From: the human T2T-CHM13v2.0 reference genome, Homo sapiens
DNA length: 64,000 nt
NCBI RefSeq assembly: GCF_009914755.1
Contig: NC_060928.1
Reading direction: 5' to 3' (one strand)
The position numbers and the translations under genes are program-made. The first letter of the stretch is position 1, and every line of letters begins with the position of its first letter. Below are positions 61,350 through 64,000 of this stretch, piece by piece. A model generated the notes under the pieces. That model was given only the letters and a program-made list of their open reading frames with translations. It made no database searches and was not told the DNA's origin.

Positions 61350-61485
61350 AGGTTCCCTATTTTGACAAAGTGTGGTCCATATTCCAGTAGCATCAATATC
61401 ATCTGGGAGCTTGTTAGGATAAGGATCTGTATTTTAGTGAGCTCCCAGGTGATCATGTTCACATTAAAGTTTGAGAAGCATTGTT
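61350..61485. mobile_element. MER5A-like hAT relic
   Basis: CAAAGTGTGGTCC...GCATCAATATCATCTGGGAGCTTGTTAG...CCCAGGTGAT...AAAGTTTGAGAAGCATTG. Confidence 0.65.
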
Positions 61486-62919
61486 CTATATAACTGATGC
61501 ACAAATGCAAACTACGGAAATGTAGTATGGGGGTTAAGAATCAAGGTTAAATGAGTATCCACATTTTAAATTTACAAACAGAATATAAGAAATCCTATTA
61601 TAACATAATACTTTAAATTTCTATATTTTGAGAATACAGTTGTTAAAAATAATCTTTATTGGTTTAATTCAGCTATAAACTACTATTTTTTCTAAGAATA
61701 CAAGTTATATGTATAAATCAAATATTTAGTTTTGATTATTGAAATGTTAACACAGTGGTATCCTAAATATGTTATTGGTCTCTGTTTTTTTCTTTTTTCT
61801 ACATTTGTTCAGTCTTTAACAAGTGTTAATACTAACCTATCTCAATAACAAAAATTCAAGGCATTTTAATTTTGTCCTGGATTCATTTTCAAGTCCTCTA
61901 ATCTATGAGTTTATCACCATACTTTTCTGTACAGTTTAGAAACCTGAAGGGTCATCTCTGTATCCAAACTACATTGGCCACTTATGCTAAATTAATAATA
62001 AGGCACAAATGCTGGTTTCTGCTATAGAGTCACCTGTTTGCATTTAGAAAGCTATAGAAGTGTCACTCTCTGTTACGTATGTAACAACTTAATTAAAAAA
62101 TAGTTTCCATTATTTTGTTTTTATTGATAGTGAAATGTATAATTTTTATTTTAGTAAGGACATTGTAGTATATCACACACCAAGATATTTTAAATAGAAC
62201 AATTTATACATTTTAATTCTATTCTGCTTATGAGGTATAATAATAATCTTAATATGAAGCGTAACAATTCCATCGGAACTTATTAGAATAATTTAGGGGA
62301 GTAGTGCTAACCATGTTTAGCCAAATCCTGGAAACTTTCTCTGGTGTAGCATAACATTTTTTTCTGTGATATTATCATTACTACCCTAACAAAAAGAGTA
62401 AAATCTTAGGTTTTTTTGTAATGAAGGTATAAATGATCATTTTGAAACAAGGTAAGAGAAATATGGAAAGGTATCTTCCTGAATGTGACCTGCTATTCTC
62501 CTAACCAAATGTCAGCCCCACAACTCCTAACTTCAATTTGTGAAGCAGCTTCTGAAGCAGCCAATCAAGGCTGTGAGACCTGAAAAAAATATTCTGGTGT
62601 TACCAGGTTCCTGAATGAGAAATCAGGCACTGGGCTTGTTCCTTTCTGGGCCTACAGAGAGCTTGGTGTTCAGCAGTGAGTTTGGTAGCAATCATCAGAA
62701 CTGCATGGAGTCTGCAGAGAGCTTGGTGCTCTGACATCCCTCGGTCCCTGAGAGGAAAGAGGGTAGCTCCAGCCTGGATCCATGTTCCTGGGAGGACCTT
62801 GTGGTCTCCTGGGCTTAGTGTGGCTGCTGAAAATTTGAATCTGTAACTGAATCTTCTCTATTCCTGAGGCTGATGGATAATATTTACCTGCCCCCGAAGA
62901 GAACTGGGAACTGGAAAGT

Positions 62920-63348
62920 GTCAAAGAACATGCTTTCAAGAAATTGAGTTTAAAGATTGCATTGGCTTTTATTAGTAATTCCTGAATTGGGCAGCATCTC
63001 ATTTATAAATCAAAAATGTACTCCAATAAGCTGAGCAGTGGAAGTGGGCTTTATCAGCAGAAAGAGGCTAAGAATCAGAAATAGGGAACAAAAAGAAAAC
63101 TGTTCCAGAGTTACTTGTTTTTACAGGGTTAAAGTAGAAGGAACATTCTTGTCATGCAGCTTAGAAAGACAGGGCCTTTTATAATTGGTTGCTGTGAATT
63201 TCCTGTTTTTGAAAAACTAGCTCAGTTTAAAGTTCAGTTGGACTACATGGTACCTAGCACAAGTAAATCCATTGTTTGTTCTGGTTCACTGGGTCTTAGT
63301 GCAGAAGCTCATTCCAATATAATGACCTCCCTCAAAATTTATTTAACA
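62920..63348. mobile_element. ERV1-class solo LTR-like element (family uncertain)
   Basis: TGTCAAAG...TTTATTTAACA termini, internal GGCTTTTATT and GGGCAGCATCTC motifs recalled from MER4-group LTRs. Confidence 0.4.
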
Positions 63349-64000
63349 GAGGAAAGGTTTGTTGCTAGTGTACAGAGTAATCTCAGGCTTACTGTAATTT
63401 CAGAAGAAGCCAAACATAAATCCAAATATACATTAGAAATAAGTAAAGAAAAATAATAATTCTACTGGAAGTACTCAGCAACTTGAAGGAGAAACAATAA
63501 GCAAAACATCCAGTTCCTGGTGAAATAGACTTGCTGGACAGGGCAGGCTTTAAGCCGATAAATAAGTGAATAAACAATTTTAGTGGATTTGATTACAGCA
63601 ACCAAAGCTATTGGGAAACAAAATACTCTGTGAATTTTGAATATTGAAATTTTAGAGAGAGCAAATAGGAAAAGAAATGGAATTTCTGAATACAAAAATA
63701 TGAGATTTGTAAAGTGGATCTGTAAGAAAAAAGAAAATAATAGGAAAACTTGAAAAGTTAAAAATTGGAGAAGAAAATCTCTTGTCTTAAGCAGAATTGA
63801 TGCTTATCCTGATAAAATTTATTAAGTCTATAATTATAATGATAATGTCATCAACTTCCAGATTAAAGAAAGCTTCTTAAAGGGAAATGAAGAGTTAGTT
63901 TGGCATAGGTGTCTTATCAACAACACTGGAAGCAAGAATACTGTGGGAGAGAATTGCTGCCACTCAAAAATTCTATTTCCAGCTGAGATATCATTTAACA

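Overview
Human genomic DNA (a human-specific AluYb8 is present) covering the 3' end of GRIA2 (AMPA receptor subunit GluA2) on the + strand. It includes the S2/R-G exon (1481-1728) with its ADAR editing hairpin, the mutually exclusive flop (2595-2709) and flip (3123-3237) exons, the M4/short C-tail exon (4384-4632, ...ESVKI*), and the last exon from 5020, which encodes the GluA2L long tail and carries the 3'UTR to about 7660. The remaining ~56 kb is AT-rich, gene-free flank filled with repeats: L2 fragments, ten Alus, old L1M, a 5'-truncated EIF3A retrocopy nested in L1M and interrupted by L1PA, a THE1/MST fragment joined to a truncated HERV-L (MLT2A LTR, dUTPase, IN, RNase H, RT), a MADE1 MITE, a complete MaLR provirus and a twin-primed L1PA3-like insertion. 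The best leads for undescribed biology are RNA-level elements around the flip/flop cassette: a near-perfect hairpin just upstream of the flip 3' splice site and an orphan branch point/polypyrimidine/AG element between the two exons. The 3'UTR also shows isoform-dependent miRNA site geometry and a TTGACAT cluster. All family assignments come from recalled consensus sequences, not database searches, and repeat boundaries are approximate unless TSDs are given.
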